Positions 49,000 through 57,016 of a DNA stretch of 57,016 nucleotides are shown here, piece by piece. Under the pieces are notes generated by a model, which saw only the letters and a program-made list of their open reading frames with translations, was not told the DNA's origin and searched no databases. The translations under genes were made by a program, and so were the position numbers. Positions within the stretch are counted from its first letter, which is position 1; every line of letters begins with the position of its first letter. This DNA is from Candidatus Hodarchaeota archaeon (GTDB taxonomy: Archaea > Asgardarchaeota > Heimdallarchaeia > Hodarchaeales > Hodarchaeaceae), in the NCBI GenBank assembly GCA_016840035.1, contig JAEOTC010000029.1, positions 1 to 57,016 of the forward strand. Reading direction: 5' to 3'.

Positions 49000-50409
49000 C
49001 TAAAAATGATGATGATATTGTTTATCTAATTCTTTATCAACTCTTGAGAAACCATGAGCTCCAAAAAATTCCCTTTGAGCCTGAATAAGATTTGTGGATA
49101 AGTTTCGAGAACGATACCCATCAAAATAAGCAAGAGTTGATGAAAAACCTGGGATAGGAATTCCAGAGATTACAGCAAGAGTTACAACTTCACGCCAAGC
49201 TTTTTGATTTTCTTCTAGAGTCTTGATGAAATATGGATCTAATAATAGATTCGGGAGGTCGGGTTTTTCTTCATATATTGTTTTGATTCGATCAAGAAAT
49301 TGAGCACGAATTATGCATCCTCCCCGCCAGATTGCCGCTATCTTTCCTAAGTTTAACTCCCAATTGTATTGCGTTGAGGCAATACGAAGTAAAGAAAATC
49401 CTTGTGAGTATGCACAAAGTGTAGCCACAAATAAGCCCCTCTCAACAATTTTGACTAAAGGAGAATTTTCATTTTCTACCTGCCATTCAGGACCTGATAG
49501 AAGATGGGAAGCATGAACTCGCTCGGTTTTAATCCCTGAAAGATAACGAGCAAAAACTGCCTCTGATATACTCGGGATAGGGACTCCAAGTTCCAAGGCA
49601 TTTTCAACGGTCCATTTTCCGGTTCCTTTTTGAGATGCATTATCTGCAATGATATCGATAATTGGTTTTCCAGTTTCAGGATCAATGGATGAAAGGATCT
49701 TCTCAGTAATTTGAATCAAATAAGAATTCAAATCCCCTGCTTGCCATTCTTCGAAGATTTTTGATAATTCATTAGAACCTAACCTTAATAGATTTTTCAG
49801 AATAGAATATGCTTCTGCGATTAATTGCATTACTGCATATTCAATTCCATTGTGAACCATTTTTACGAAATGTCCAGCCCCGTCTGAACCTATATAAGTA
49901 CAACAACGGTCTCCATTCACTGTAGCTGCGATTGTAAGGAGTATAGGTTTTATTTTTTCCCATGCGATCTTTGAACCACCTGGCATAATTGAGGGACCAT
50001 TTAAAGCTCCTTCTTCTCCTCCAGAAATCCCCACTCCCATAAAATGATAACCCTTATCTTTTAAATTACTATATCTCCTTTGAGTATCTTTGAAATTCGA
50101 ATTTCCACCATCTATTATTAGATCATCAGGATCGAGATATTTTTCTAACTCACCAATAATTTGATCAACAGGATTTCCAGCTTTTACCATTAAAATTATT
50201 TTTCGTGGTTTTTTTAAACTCTCAACTAAGTCTACAAGCCTATCGTAACCTTTAATATTCTTGTAATCCCCAAATAGGTCCAGAAATTCATCCTTTGTTT
50301 CTACTGTTCTATTGAAAACTCCTACTGAAAATCCATTTCGTTCAATATTTAGAGCAAGGTTTTGTCCCATAACAGCTAAACCAATTAAACCGATATCACT
50401 TTTCTCCAT
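49000..50409 (-). CDS. gnd: 6-phosphogluconate dehydrogenase, decarboxylating, NADP-dependent (long form)
   Basis: GLIGLAVMG, FNRT, MVKAG, DGGNS, SGGEEGA, KMVHNGIEY, QKGTGKWT, QAQREFFGAH. Confidence 0.95.
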   Translation of the reverse strand: MEKSDIGLIGLAVMGQNLALNIERNGFSVGVFNRTVETKDEFLDLFGDYKNIKGYDRLVDLVESLKKPRKIILMVKAGNPVDQIIGELEKYLDPDDLIIDGGNSNFKDTQRRYSNLKDKGYHFMGVGISGGEEGALNGPSIMPGGSKIAWEKIKPILLTIAATVNGDRCCTYIGSDGAGHFVKMVHNGIEYAVMQLIAEAYSILKNLLRLGSNELSKIFEEWQAGDLNSYLIQITEKILSSIDPETGKPIIDIIADNASQKGTGKWTVENALELGVPIPSISEAVFARYLSGIKTERVHASHLLSGPEWQVENENSPLVKIVERGLFVATLCAYSQGFSLLRIASTQYNWELNLGKIAAIWRGGCIIRAQFLDRIKTIYEEKPDLPNLLLDPYFIKTLEENQKAWREVVTLAVISGIPIPGFSSTLAYFDGYRSRNLSTNLIQAQREFFGAHGFSRVDKELDKQYHHHF

Positions 50410-50414
50410 AATCT

Positions 50415-51695
50415 TCACAAAGCTGAATTAATAGTTTCGTTCGTAATCCACAAACCTAGAGAAGGATTTCTAATGAAATAAATACTCTCACCAGAGGAAA
50501 GAGAATTATATCCTTCATTAAGGGCTTCTAGTGAGTAATCTGATTGTACTTCTGAAATTGTTTGATAATTGAAATTCACTGCTAGAATCTCTTCTTCTGA
50601 TAATGTATCAGTACAATACGTTACCTTAAATCGATTGTCAGTTGATCCATGTATTAAATGAGCCGCTGCCGAAAGATTATTCCTCAAATCAAGGTTCCTC
50701 TCTGTTAAATCGAGTATTTTAGCAGTATGTATATATCCATATTTACGAATGAGTGTATCAATTTTTTTATCTTCCCCAAAGCGTTTCAAACCTGGAGCTA
50801 CTATGAAAAGCTCGCCATTTTCCTTAATAGCCATTCTTGTTCTGTAAATGGCCTTATTTCCAACCCAAGTACTTTTATATTCTCTTGGATCAAGAAAAAC
50901 GACAATTTTATCCAAAGGTTTCTTTATTCTAAATATATTGATCTTTTGACTTAATTCGGCAGCTTTTCTAAAGGGGGTGTCCTTTTCTCCACAGAATAAC
51001 CCAAAAATCGAGTTATTACCTTCATTATCAATTTGAGTAACAGTATTCACATAAATGATTGGTAGATGTTCTAAATACTCCTCATATGCAAAATCAAATA
51101 AAGCTCTTACAGGGTTTTCAATTCTCCCCATAATTCGCTCCATCCCATAGCAGGCTCCTAAAAAGTGACTCTTGTTTATGATATCGCTACCTCCTGTCCC
51201 CACCAGAATATTTTTATAACCGTTTGCCATCCCGGCAACTTCGTGAGGTACAACTTGGCCTACTGAAATAATTAGATCAAAATTTTCCTTTAAATGCCTA
51301 CTAATTTCGATATCAATGGGATATTTGACTTTCTCTTCCGATATTTCCTTCACAAATTCTGAAGGTATAGTACCTAGTTTTACAACTCCATTTCGCCAAT
51401 CGTGAGTAATAAACGCCTTTTTAGGAACTGTCCCAAACATAATCTGTCTTTCTTCTTCTGTTAAAGGGCTATGGGTTCCCAACGCTGGGAGGATTGACAC
51501 TTCAGTTTGATCTTTCATTTTATTAAAGAGAATTTCCGTTAACCTGCCCGCGTTTGAATGAAAACGAGTAAAATCAGGAGGTATAATGAGTACTCTAGTT
51601 AATTTATTATCGTAATCATCTACTAGATTCTGGAGGAATACTTGCATCTGGGTATCAGATATATCTTCTTTTTGTCGAATTAACTCGGAATACAA
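50415..51695 (-). CDS. LarA-superfamily (DUF2088) nickel-pincer epimerase, GntE-like D-mannonate/D-gluconate 2-epimerase
   Basis: PPDFTRFHS, PALGTH, HDWR, VVPHEVAGMANG.KN; sits between an FGGY kinase and gnd. Confidence 0.75.
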   Translation of the reverse strand: MYSELIRQKEDISDTQMQVFLQNLVDDYDNKLTRVLIIPPDFTRFHSNAGRLTEILFNKMKDQTEVSILPALGTHSPLTEEERQIMFGTVPKKAFITHDWRNGVVKLGTIPSEFVKEISEEKVKYPIDIEISRHLKENFDLIISVGQVVPHEVAGMANGYKNILVGTGGSDIINKSHFLGACYGMERIMGRIENPVRALFDFAYEEYLEHLPIIYVNTVTQIDNEGNNSIFGLFCGEKDTPFRKAAELSQKINIFRIKKPLDKIVVFLDPREYKSTWVGNKAIYRTRMAIKENGELFIVAPGLKRFGEDKKIDTLIRKYGYIHTAKILDLTERNLDLRNNLSAAAHLIHGSTDNRFKVTYCTDTLSEEEILAVNFNYQTISEVQSDYSLEALNEGYNSLSSGESIYFIRNPSLGLWITNETINSAL

Positions 51696-51701
51696 TCCTT
51701 C

Positions 51702-53264
51702 TTATTCCTCCAGTTCTTTTTCCGATACAATGATGTCAAACTTTGAAGGAGTCTTATAAATGTTCAAATACTGTGAATATATGTCTTCTAGAGTATTAGA
51801 GATCTCCCCTTGTATGGGTTTTACAGAATCATGGGTTTCAAGCTTGGGAACAGCATTGATTACATTCAGTTTAGCAAGGGATCTCATAGCAGTGGCCCAT
51901 GCAACTGATTGCTCTTTTTTCATAATTACGACGTCTAGATTAATTAATGTTGCTAGGATGGCCAAGAATAAGGGACTTTTACGTGCAATTAAGCCTGTTA
52001 ATCGTAGTTCCTTGATTTTATTTTTTAAAAAAATAGTGTCAAAATTATGACGGAACATATTGGAAATCCCAATGATGAGTGAGATATACAGATTAATTGG
52101 TTCTAGGTCATCAAAACTTTTCAATACGAATCCTCCCTTAATTTTACCCCTCCCTTGAGGTCCTCGTGGTTCTCCTTCTATATAAGGAAAGAATATTGGT
52201 AATGAAATAAAATCCAGATTGAAATCTTCATTTTTAGGATCAAAGACATTTCCTCCTTCTTCCTCAAGTTTTTTAATATTTAATTGACCAATATTCGTGA
52301 TGTAGTTACGGAATTTTCCTTTAAAATTGGTAGCTAGCCAGTTAAATGAGGTTCCAACATTATTAAAAGGGATTAATTCAATCCAAGATTGTTTATCAAT
52401 ATGAATACACTGAATTAAGCGACTGTGGTACGTGGATTTTGGGTTATGTCTCCATCTTCGTAAAGCACCCGTTGAGCTCGCTGAACCAATGATCACATCC
52501 TCTCTTCTCCCTTCTGTTGCCCAAAAAGCGTCTATACCATCAATTGTCCCAGCCACAATTTCAGAATTTCGTAATAGAGGCATTTTTTCTAATTCTTGTT
52601 TTAATGGAAGTACTGATCCGAGTGGGATAATTTTCGGAAGAATTGATCTTTGTATTCCGAGTTGATCAATAAGATCCCAATCCCAATCTTCTCTTCCTAG
52701 TGAGTACATTCCTGTATATGAGGCATTAGGAAGTGTAGAAAATATTTCATTAACTGAGGTATTAGAGAAATTCCAGGTTAGAAAATCATTGATTGATGTG
52801 ATCTTGAAACAATCATCTAACTTATTCTCCTCCACTATTTTTAACAATTGAACATAAGGTAGTGCTCCACTAAACATACTCCCAGTTTTATTCTGAAAAT
52901 CGTGATTCAATTTTACTACGTAATCATGAGCACCAGTGTAAGCATATGTGTATGCTAAATCTAATGGTAATCCTTCTTCTGAAACTAGCACAAGAGAGGG
53001 ACCTATGCTTGATACACTTAAAGAATGGACTCGGATGTTCTCCAAGTTACGATTTAGTCTTATTAGCATACTTTGGATTGTTTCCCAAAGTACTTGAAGA
53101 TTTATTCGTCTCTCCTTATTCCAAACTTGGTGTTTTTGATTATTCACCTGAAAATACGGTCTGATTAGTCGTTTAATAGTATTACCTTTAATATCTAGTA
53201 ACAATAACCTGGTACCTGAAGTACCTACATCAATACCTATACAAGCATCAATTAAAGCAGGCAT
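51702..53264 (-). CDS. FGGY-family carbohydrate kinase, probable gluconokinase
   Basis: IGIDVGTSG, NASYTGMY, GTIDG, FPYIEGEP, LTG; co-oriented upstream of the epimerase and gnd. Confidence 0.75.
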   Translation of the reverse strand: MPALIDACIGIDVGTSGTRLLLLDIKGNTIKRLIRPYFQVNNQKHQVWNKERRINLQVLWETIQSMLIRLNRNLENIRVHSLSVSSIGPSLVLVSEEGLPLDLAYTYAYTGAHDYVVKLNHDFQNKTGSMFSGALPYVQLLKIVEENKLDDCFKITSINDFLTWNFSNTSVNEIFSTLPNASYTGMYSLGREDWDWDLIDQLGIQRSILPKIIPLGSVLPLKQELEKMPLLRNSEIVAGTIDGIDAFWATEGRREDVIIGSASSTGALRRWRHNPKSTYHSRLIQCIHIDKQSWIELIPFNNVGTSFNWLATNFKGKFRNYITNIGQLNIKKLEEEGGNVFDPKNEDFNLDFISLPIFFPYIEGEPRGPQGRGKIKGGFVLKSFDDLEPINLYISLIIGISNMFRHNFDTIFLKNKIKELRLTGLIARKSPLFLAILATLINLDVVIMKKEQSVAWATAMRSLAKLNVINAVPKLETHDSVKPIQGEISNTLEDIYSQYLNIYKTPSKFDIIVSEKELEE

Positions 53265-53421
53265 CAAAATCAGAAACCAATTAGAACTGAGTTATATCAA
53301 TTATAGTACAAGCTCTATTCTAAAGATTATAAAAGTTGCTTGTCTTTGTGCGATGTTTCTTCAGAGAAAATTATTCTTACAAAGTTGAAATAAGAGCAAA
53401 TTTTCTGAAAAGATTTAAGAT

Positions 53422-53586
53422 TCATATATTTGCCATTTCTTGGTTTTCAGAGGCAATTTTGATCATACCCATAGTTAACCAAAAAACGAAAGCAAAAAAT
53501 AAGGTTATTTCTTGAAAAAAGAATCCGTAAAAAGTCAAAATAATGCCTAAAACACCTATAATGGAATTTAATTGGTTTAGATTCAT
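53422..53586 (-). CDS. Small two-TM membrane protein (54 aa)
   Basis: MNLNQLNSIIGVLGIILTFYGFFFQEITLFFAFVFWLTMGMIKI...; ATG preceded by AGTGA; follows the ABC-2 permease. Confidence 0.5.
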   Translation of the reverse strand: MNLNQLNSIIGVLGIILTFYGFFFQEITLFFAFVFWLTMGMIKIASENQEMANI

Positions 53587-53624
53587 TTTTTCACTTCTAA
53601 AATGTAAAAAAAAAGAGGAGAGAG

Positions 53625-54365
53625 TTATAGTATTGCAGCTTTTCTTTGGAACAGGAGAATACCGAGTGCAATACCTCCTATACCCCATAGTGCAATGGAT
53701 AATAAAGGTAGTCCAATTGCTGCAATGCTAGAGTTACCAAAGGTCATTACTTCCCTCATTGCCTCAACTGCAAGCGAAGTTGGCAAGAGCTCAACCAAGG
53801 GTTCATCCATAAATGCACCACCAAGGAATTGGAGGGGTAATATAACAAACCAAGCTAAACCACCAGCAGAGCTAGCATTCTTAATGAAGGATGCTAATAT
53901 CAAACCAAAGCCAAGAGAAGTTATTGTGACCATGAAGGGAATGAAGAATAGGAAAAATAGATTTCCATCTGGATGATAATTTATTCCTAGGAAGTATCCT
54001 ACAATAAGTAAGATAACAATTTGAAAAGCACCAACTATTGCCTGAGAGACAAGTCCTGAGATGAGGATAATCTTTCGTGTTACGGGAGTTGTTGTTAATC
54101 TTTGTAGGGTACCTGATTCTTTTTCTTCTGCAAGATGGGCAGTTAATTGTGAAATAATAACTACTGGGCCGGTTATTAACAATCCAGGAGCCATTATTGT
54201 AAGGACCTCAGGCCCATACGCAAAAGTAAGAAGAACCACGAAAAGTAATGGATAACCCAGAAGCCAAACGAGTTGAGCTTTGTCTCTAATCATAGATTTG
54301 AAATTCTTTACAACTAAATACTTTAATTGATTTGATTTTTCAGTACCAATAAATAATGTATTCAA
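53625..54365 (-). CDS. ABC-2 type exporter permease
   Basis: EKESGTLQRLTTTPV, six TMs, LPTSLAVEAMR. Confidence 0.9.
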   Translation of the reverse strand: MNTLFIGTEKSNQLKYLVVKNFKSMIRDKAQLVWLLGYPLLFVVLLTFAYGPEVLTIMAPGLLITGPVVIISQLTAHLAEEKESGTLQRLTTTPVTRKIILISGLVSQAIVGAFQIVILLIVGYFLGINYHPDGNLFFLFFIPFMVTITSLGFGLILASFIKNASSAGGLAWFVILPLQFLGGAFMDEPLVELLPTSLAVEAMREVMTFGNSSIAAIGLPLLSIALWGIGGIALGILLFQRKAAIL

Positions 54366-55309
54366 CTGCGTAGCCTCCTGCCAGTTAAGTCAATAAATAC
54401 ATCTTCCAGTGTATTTGCTCGAACAGAAATATCATACATTTCTACCTTAACAGCATCCATGATTTCCGAGATCCGTCGTAATCCACCGAGTGCATTTAGG
54501 ACTACTCTTTGTTTTCCTAAATTCTTGCCCGAACGAACGAAATCCAAACTTCTTGCCCTTTCAATGATATCTAGTCTCATTTCAGGATTAGAAATTTTGA
54601 ATTCGATATTATCGCCTTCACCAAGTCTCCCTTTCAAGTCTTGAGGAGTACCAGTTGCAATAATTTTTCCATGATCGATTATTGTGAGAGCATCTGAAAG
54701 ATCGTCAGCTTCTTCCATACTATGGGTAGTCAGGATAATTGTGCTATTTCTCTCTTGGAAATTTTTAATGAAATCCCAGACTACACGTCGTGATTGAGGA
54801 TCTAAACCTGCAGTTGGTTCATCGAAGAATAAAAGTTCAGGTTCATGGATAACTGACATAAGGACATTCAATCTTCGCTTCATACCTCCAGAATATGTCT
54901 TGGATAAGGAATCAGCTCGATCTAGTAAATTCATTCGACCTAAGAGTTCATCAGTTCGTTCTTTGTAGACCGTTTTGGGAATTCCGTGCATTTGTGCAAT
55001 AAGATGAATGTTTTCTCTAGCGGTAAGTCGGGGGTAGATAACTAATTCTTGGGGACATACTCCAATGCGCTTCTTGATTTCCTTTCTATCCTTTAGGAGA
55101 TCATATCCGAGAATGGTAGCGTTTCCACTTGTTGGATATAAGATAGTAGATAACATGCGGATAGTGGTAGACTTTCCAGCACCGTTTGGTCCTAATACTC
55201 CAAATAGCGATCCTTTTGGGATTTTAAGATCAATACCATCAACAGCATGAATTTCATCAAAATATTTTTTCAAATTGTGAGTTTCAATTGCATATTCCAA
55301 TTTTTTCAC
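54362..55309 (-). CDS. ABC-2 exporter ATP-binding subunit (DrrA-like)
   Basis: GPNGAGKST, YSGGMKRR, DEPTAGLDPQSR, TTHSMEEA, LEDVF. Confidence 0.92.
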   Translation of the reverse strand: MKKLEYAIETHNLKKYFDEIHAVDGIDLKIPKGSLFGVLGPNGAGKSTTIRMLSTILYPTSGNATILGYDLLKDRKEIKKRIGVCPQELVIYPRLTARENIHLIAQMHGIPKTVYKERTDELLGRMNLLDRADSLSKTYSGGMKRRLNVLMSVIHEPELLFFDEPTAGLDPQSRRVVWDFIKNFQERNSTIILTTHSMEEADDLSDALTIIDHGKIIATGTPQDLKGRLGEGDNIEFKISNPEMRLDIIERARSLDFVRSGKNLGKQRVVLNALGGLRRISEIMDAVKVEMYDISVRANTLEDVFIDLTGRRLRS

Positions 55310-55318
55310 CGATTGTTT

Positions 55319-55350
55319 TTATTTGGTTATTCACCATTTCAACCAAATAA
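55319..55350. promoter_or_regulatory. Perfect 10-bp inverted repeat TTATTTGGTT-N12-AACCAAATAA in the leader of the exporter operon
   Basis: Arms read directly from the sequence; located 10 nt upstream of the GTG start. Confidence 0.45.
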
Positions 55351-55401
55351 CTCTTGAAATCACCTCCTTATAAGATAAGGCTAGTTTCTGCGGTGCCAAA
55401 T

Positions 55402-55452
55402 GGCTTGTACGGCAATTCTGCTTGTTTTTCAAGCAACTTTGCACCACAAGCA
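55402..55452. promoter_or_regulatory. Three abutting 17-bp TTG-N5-CAA palindromic boxes, candidate operator array
   Basis: GGCTTGTACGGCAATTC / TGCTTGTTTTTCAAGCA / ACTTTGCACCACAAGCA at an exact 17-bp period. Confidence 0.6.
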
Positions 55453-55492
55453 ATGTTTTGGATTAATAAAGTCGACAGCTAAGTAAGAACCT

Positions 55493-56173
55493 ATGAGTGA
55501 AACATCTATCTCGAAAGAGGAAATTAAACAATTACTTTTTTTTATGAACAGAATCAAAGCGTTCGAAAAAACATTCGTTGTCCAAAAAAATACGATGACT
55601 AGATTAATATGGGGACTCCTTTTAGTAGGTGCAGGTATCCTCGATTTTGTGATTAGACAAATGGCCTATCAGGTTGAGAATTCGGAGAATCTTACCCTTG
55701 TACCGTGGATAATTGCGATTTTCTCTGGTTTGATCTTTCAAATTTTTTCTGATCGTCATATTACTAATATATATAGCTGGCAGAAATCTAAGGAAGAAGA
55801 AAATACAGGAACAACGTTTATTTCGCTCGGGTTCATTCTTATTGGAGTGATTATTGTAATGACTAGTACTCCTGATCTTTACTTTCTTACTTTTCCTATT
55901 ATTTGTCTTTTCGTGGGATTTTTAACACTGGTAACTGATAATCGATATTTTAAAGAGAATGAAGAAATATTAAACGTAAAACATCTTTTCTTTATTCCCA
56001 GCGTTTGTGTTATCCTCGCCGTAGTACTGCTCCTTATCTTTATGATTGACAAATCAAACATCGTCTTCAGTAGTGTGATCTTCGGTTGTGGTTTTGGTGG
56101 TAGCTTCAGTTTAATTGCTTTTTGGAATAGAAAGAAGGTCATTATGTATATTGAGCAAACGGATCTCGACTAG
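55493..56173 (+). CDS. Hypothetical six-TM membrane protein co-transcribed with the wHTH regulator
   Basis: Six hydrophobic segments and an N-terminal amphipathic helix. Confidence 0.7.
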   Translation: MSETSISKEEIKQLLFFMNRIKAFEKTFVVQKNTMTRLIWGLLLVGAGILDFVIRQMAYQVENSENLTLVPWIIAIFSGLIFQIFSDRHITNIYSWQKSKEEENTGTTFISLGFILIGVIIVMTSTPDLYFLTFPIICLFVGFLTLVTDNRYFKENEEILNVKHLFFIPSVCVILAVVLLLIFMIDKSNIVFSSVIFGCGFGGSFSLIAFWNRKKVIMYIEQTDLD

Positions 56174-56221
56174 TTCAGCGAAAACATAAAAACTCTAAAG
56201 CTTCCAAATCTTTCGATTGAT

Positions 56222-56557
56222 GTGACACCTGATCTTTCTGAAGAAAACCAACTTAAGACAATTTTAGAGGTGGATAGTGATATCCATAACCCAGCACGAA
56301 TGTCTGTCTTAATGTTCCTCCTTCCCCGAGGTCGGGCAACCTTTACATTGATCCAAAAGTGTCTTGAATTAACTTCGGGTAATCTTTCTTCTCATATAAA
56401 GAAATTACAAGTAAAAGGATATGTCGAAGTCAAAAAAACTTTTATTGATTTAAAACCTACCACTGAAGTCTATATCAGTCCTAAAGGAAGAAATTCCATT
56501 ATTGAATATGCAACAAATCTATCAAACGTGTTCCAAAATATGTTAGACGAGATTTAA
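56222..56557 (+). CDS. Winged-helix transcriptional regulator (MarR/ArsR-like, HTH_34 type)
   Basis: IHNPARMSVL, LTSGNLSSHIKKL...GYVEVKK.F...KPTT. Confidence 0.88.
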   Translation: MTPDLSEENQLKTILEVDSDIHNPARMSVLMFLLPRGRATFTLIQKCLELTSGNLSSHIKKLQVKGYVEVKKTFIDLKPTTEVYISPKGRNSIIEYATNLSNVFQNMLDEI

Positions 56558-56678
56558 TGATTTTTCGTTTAATTAAACAACTTTTTGACCTTATAGAGTC
56601 TCGTGAAAACTAAATTCTGCTGGTAGAAATATAAAAAGGAATCAAAAATATTTGATTCCGATTTAGTTAATTTGTAGT

Positions 56679-57016
56679 TTAATTACGCTTTCTTCTTCGA
56701 CGATAGATTATACCAGCAAATATAGCAAGTAACCAAGGAAATAGGTCAAAAGAGGTATCATCTTCGGTGGTTTCAGGGATGGTTGTCTGTGTTGTCTCTG
56801 TTGTAGTTTCTTCTGTTGTGGGGTGTGCAACTTCAAATTCTACTACTTTCTCTGCTGAAAATCCTAACTCATCAGTAGCATTAAGAGTTATTTTTACCAA
56901 ATCACCATCATTGAAATTCCCTAATACCTTGGTATAACTAGAATAGTCGTCTACTGCAGGATCAAGTGTGTAAACATCGGGAGTACCTTCATTCACCACA
57001 ACTGATAAATTTACAC
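56679..57016 (-). CDS. C-terminal part of a surface protein with Thr-rich stalk and TM/basic sorting tail (5' end outside the window)
   Basis: Frame is open to the window edge; Ig-like beta segment, TTEETTTETTQTT, TSF-TM-RRRRKRN. Confidence 0.8.
   Translation of the reverse strand, partial: VNLSVVVNEGTPDVYTLDPAVDDYSSYTKVLGNFNDGDLVKITLNATDELGFSAEKVVEFEVAHPTTEETTTETTQTTIPETTEDDTSFDLFPWLLAIFAGIIYRRRRKRN

Noticed and set aside
50415-51695. True lactate racemase LarA
   Set aside because: Context between a sugar kinase and gnd, and the PPDFTR/VVPHEV motif variants, point to a sugar-acid epimerase
144-56142. Numerous short antisense or overlapping ORFs in the track (e.g. 144-419, 20980-21474, 53695-53976)
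   Set aside because: They lie within well-supported genes, have no recognisable motifs and are best explained as shadow ORFs

Overview
AT-rich, gene-dense archaeal chromosome segment, most likely from an Asgard archaeon of the Heimdallarchaeia/Hodarchaeales type. This taxonomy is an inference from the archaeal NurA-HerA-Mre11 operon, GGTGA/GGAGG Shine-Dalgarno motifs, oligo-T terminators, five PGF-CTERM-like tailed surface proteins and a 7TM protein fused to a longin-like domain. Contents in order: (1) nurA-herA-mre11 DNA end-resection operon, with mre11 truncated at the left edge; (2) an approx. 27-kb peptide/amide catabolic island with surface-anchored hydrolases, an Opp/Dpp ABC importer, an Lrp regulator, ten peptidases/amidases from about eight folds (including a close NylC nylon-hydrolase homologue and a DmpA/BapA peptidase), a class-III aminotransferase divergent from MmsA, and a Tat-less reductive-dehalogenase-like protein; (3) a sugar ABC importer with greatly enlarged permeases, next to an MggS-like glycosyltransferase, a GH13_18 phosphorylase and two further glycosyltransferases, suggesting glucosylglycerate-type solute metabolism; (4) a multi-PAS degenerate histidine kinase and the 7TM-longin protein; (5) a gntK-gntE(LarA family)-gnd sugar-acid operon; (6) an ABC-2 exporter divergent from a membrane protein plus wHTH regulator, with three phased TTG-N5-CAA palindromes between them. 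No rRNA, tRNA, CRISPR array or mobile element was recognised. All family calls come from motif recognition by eye, not from database searches.
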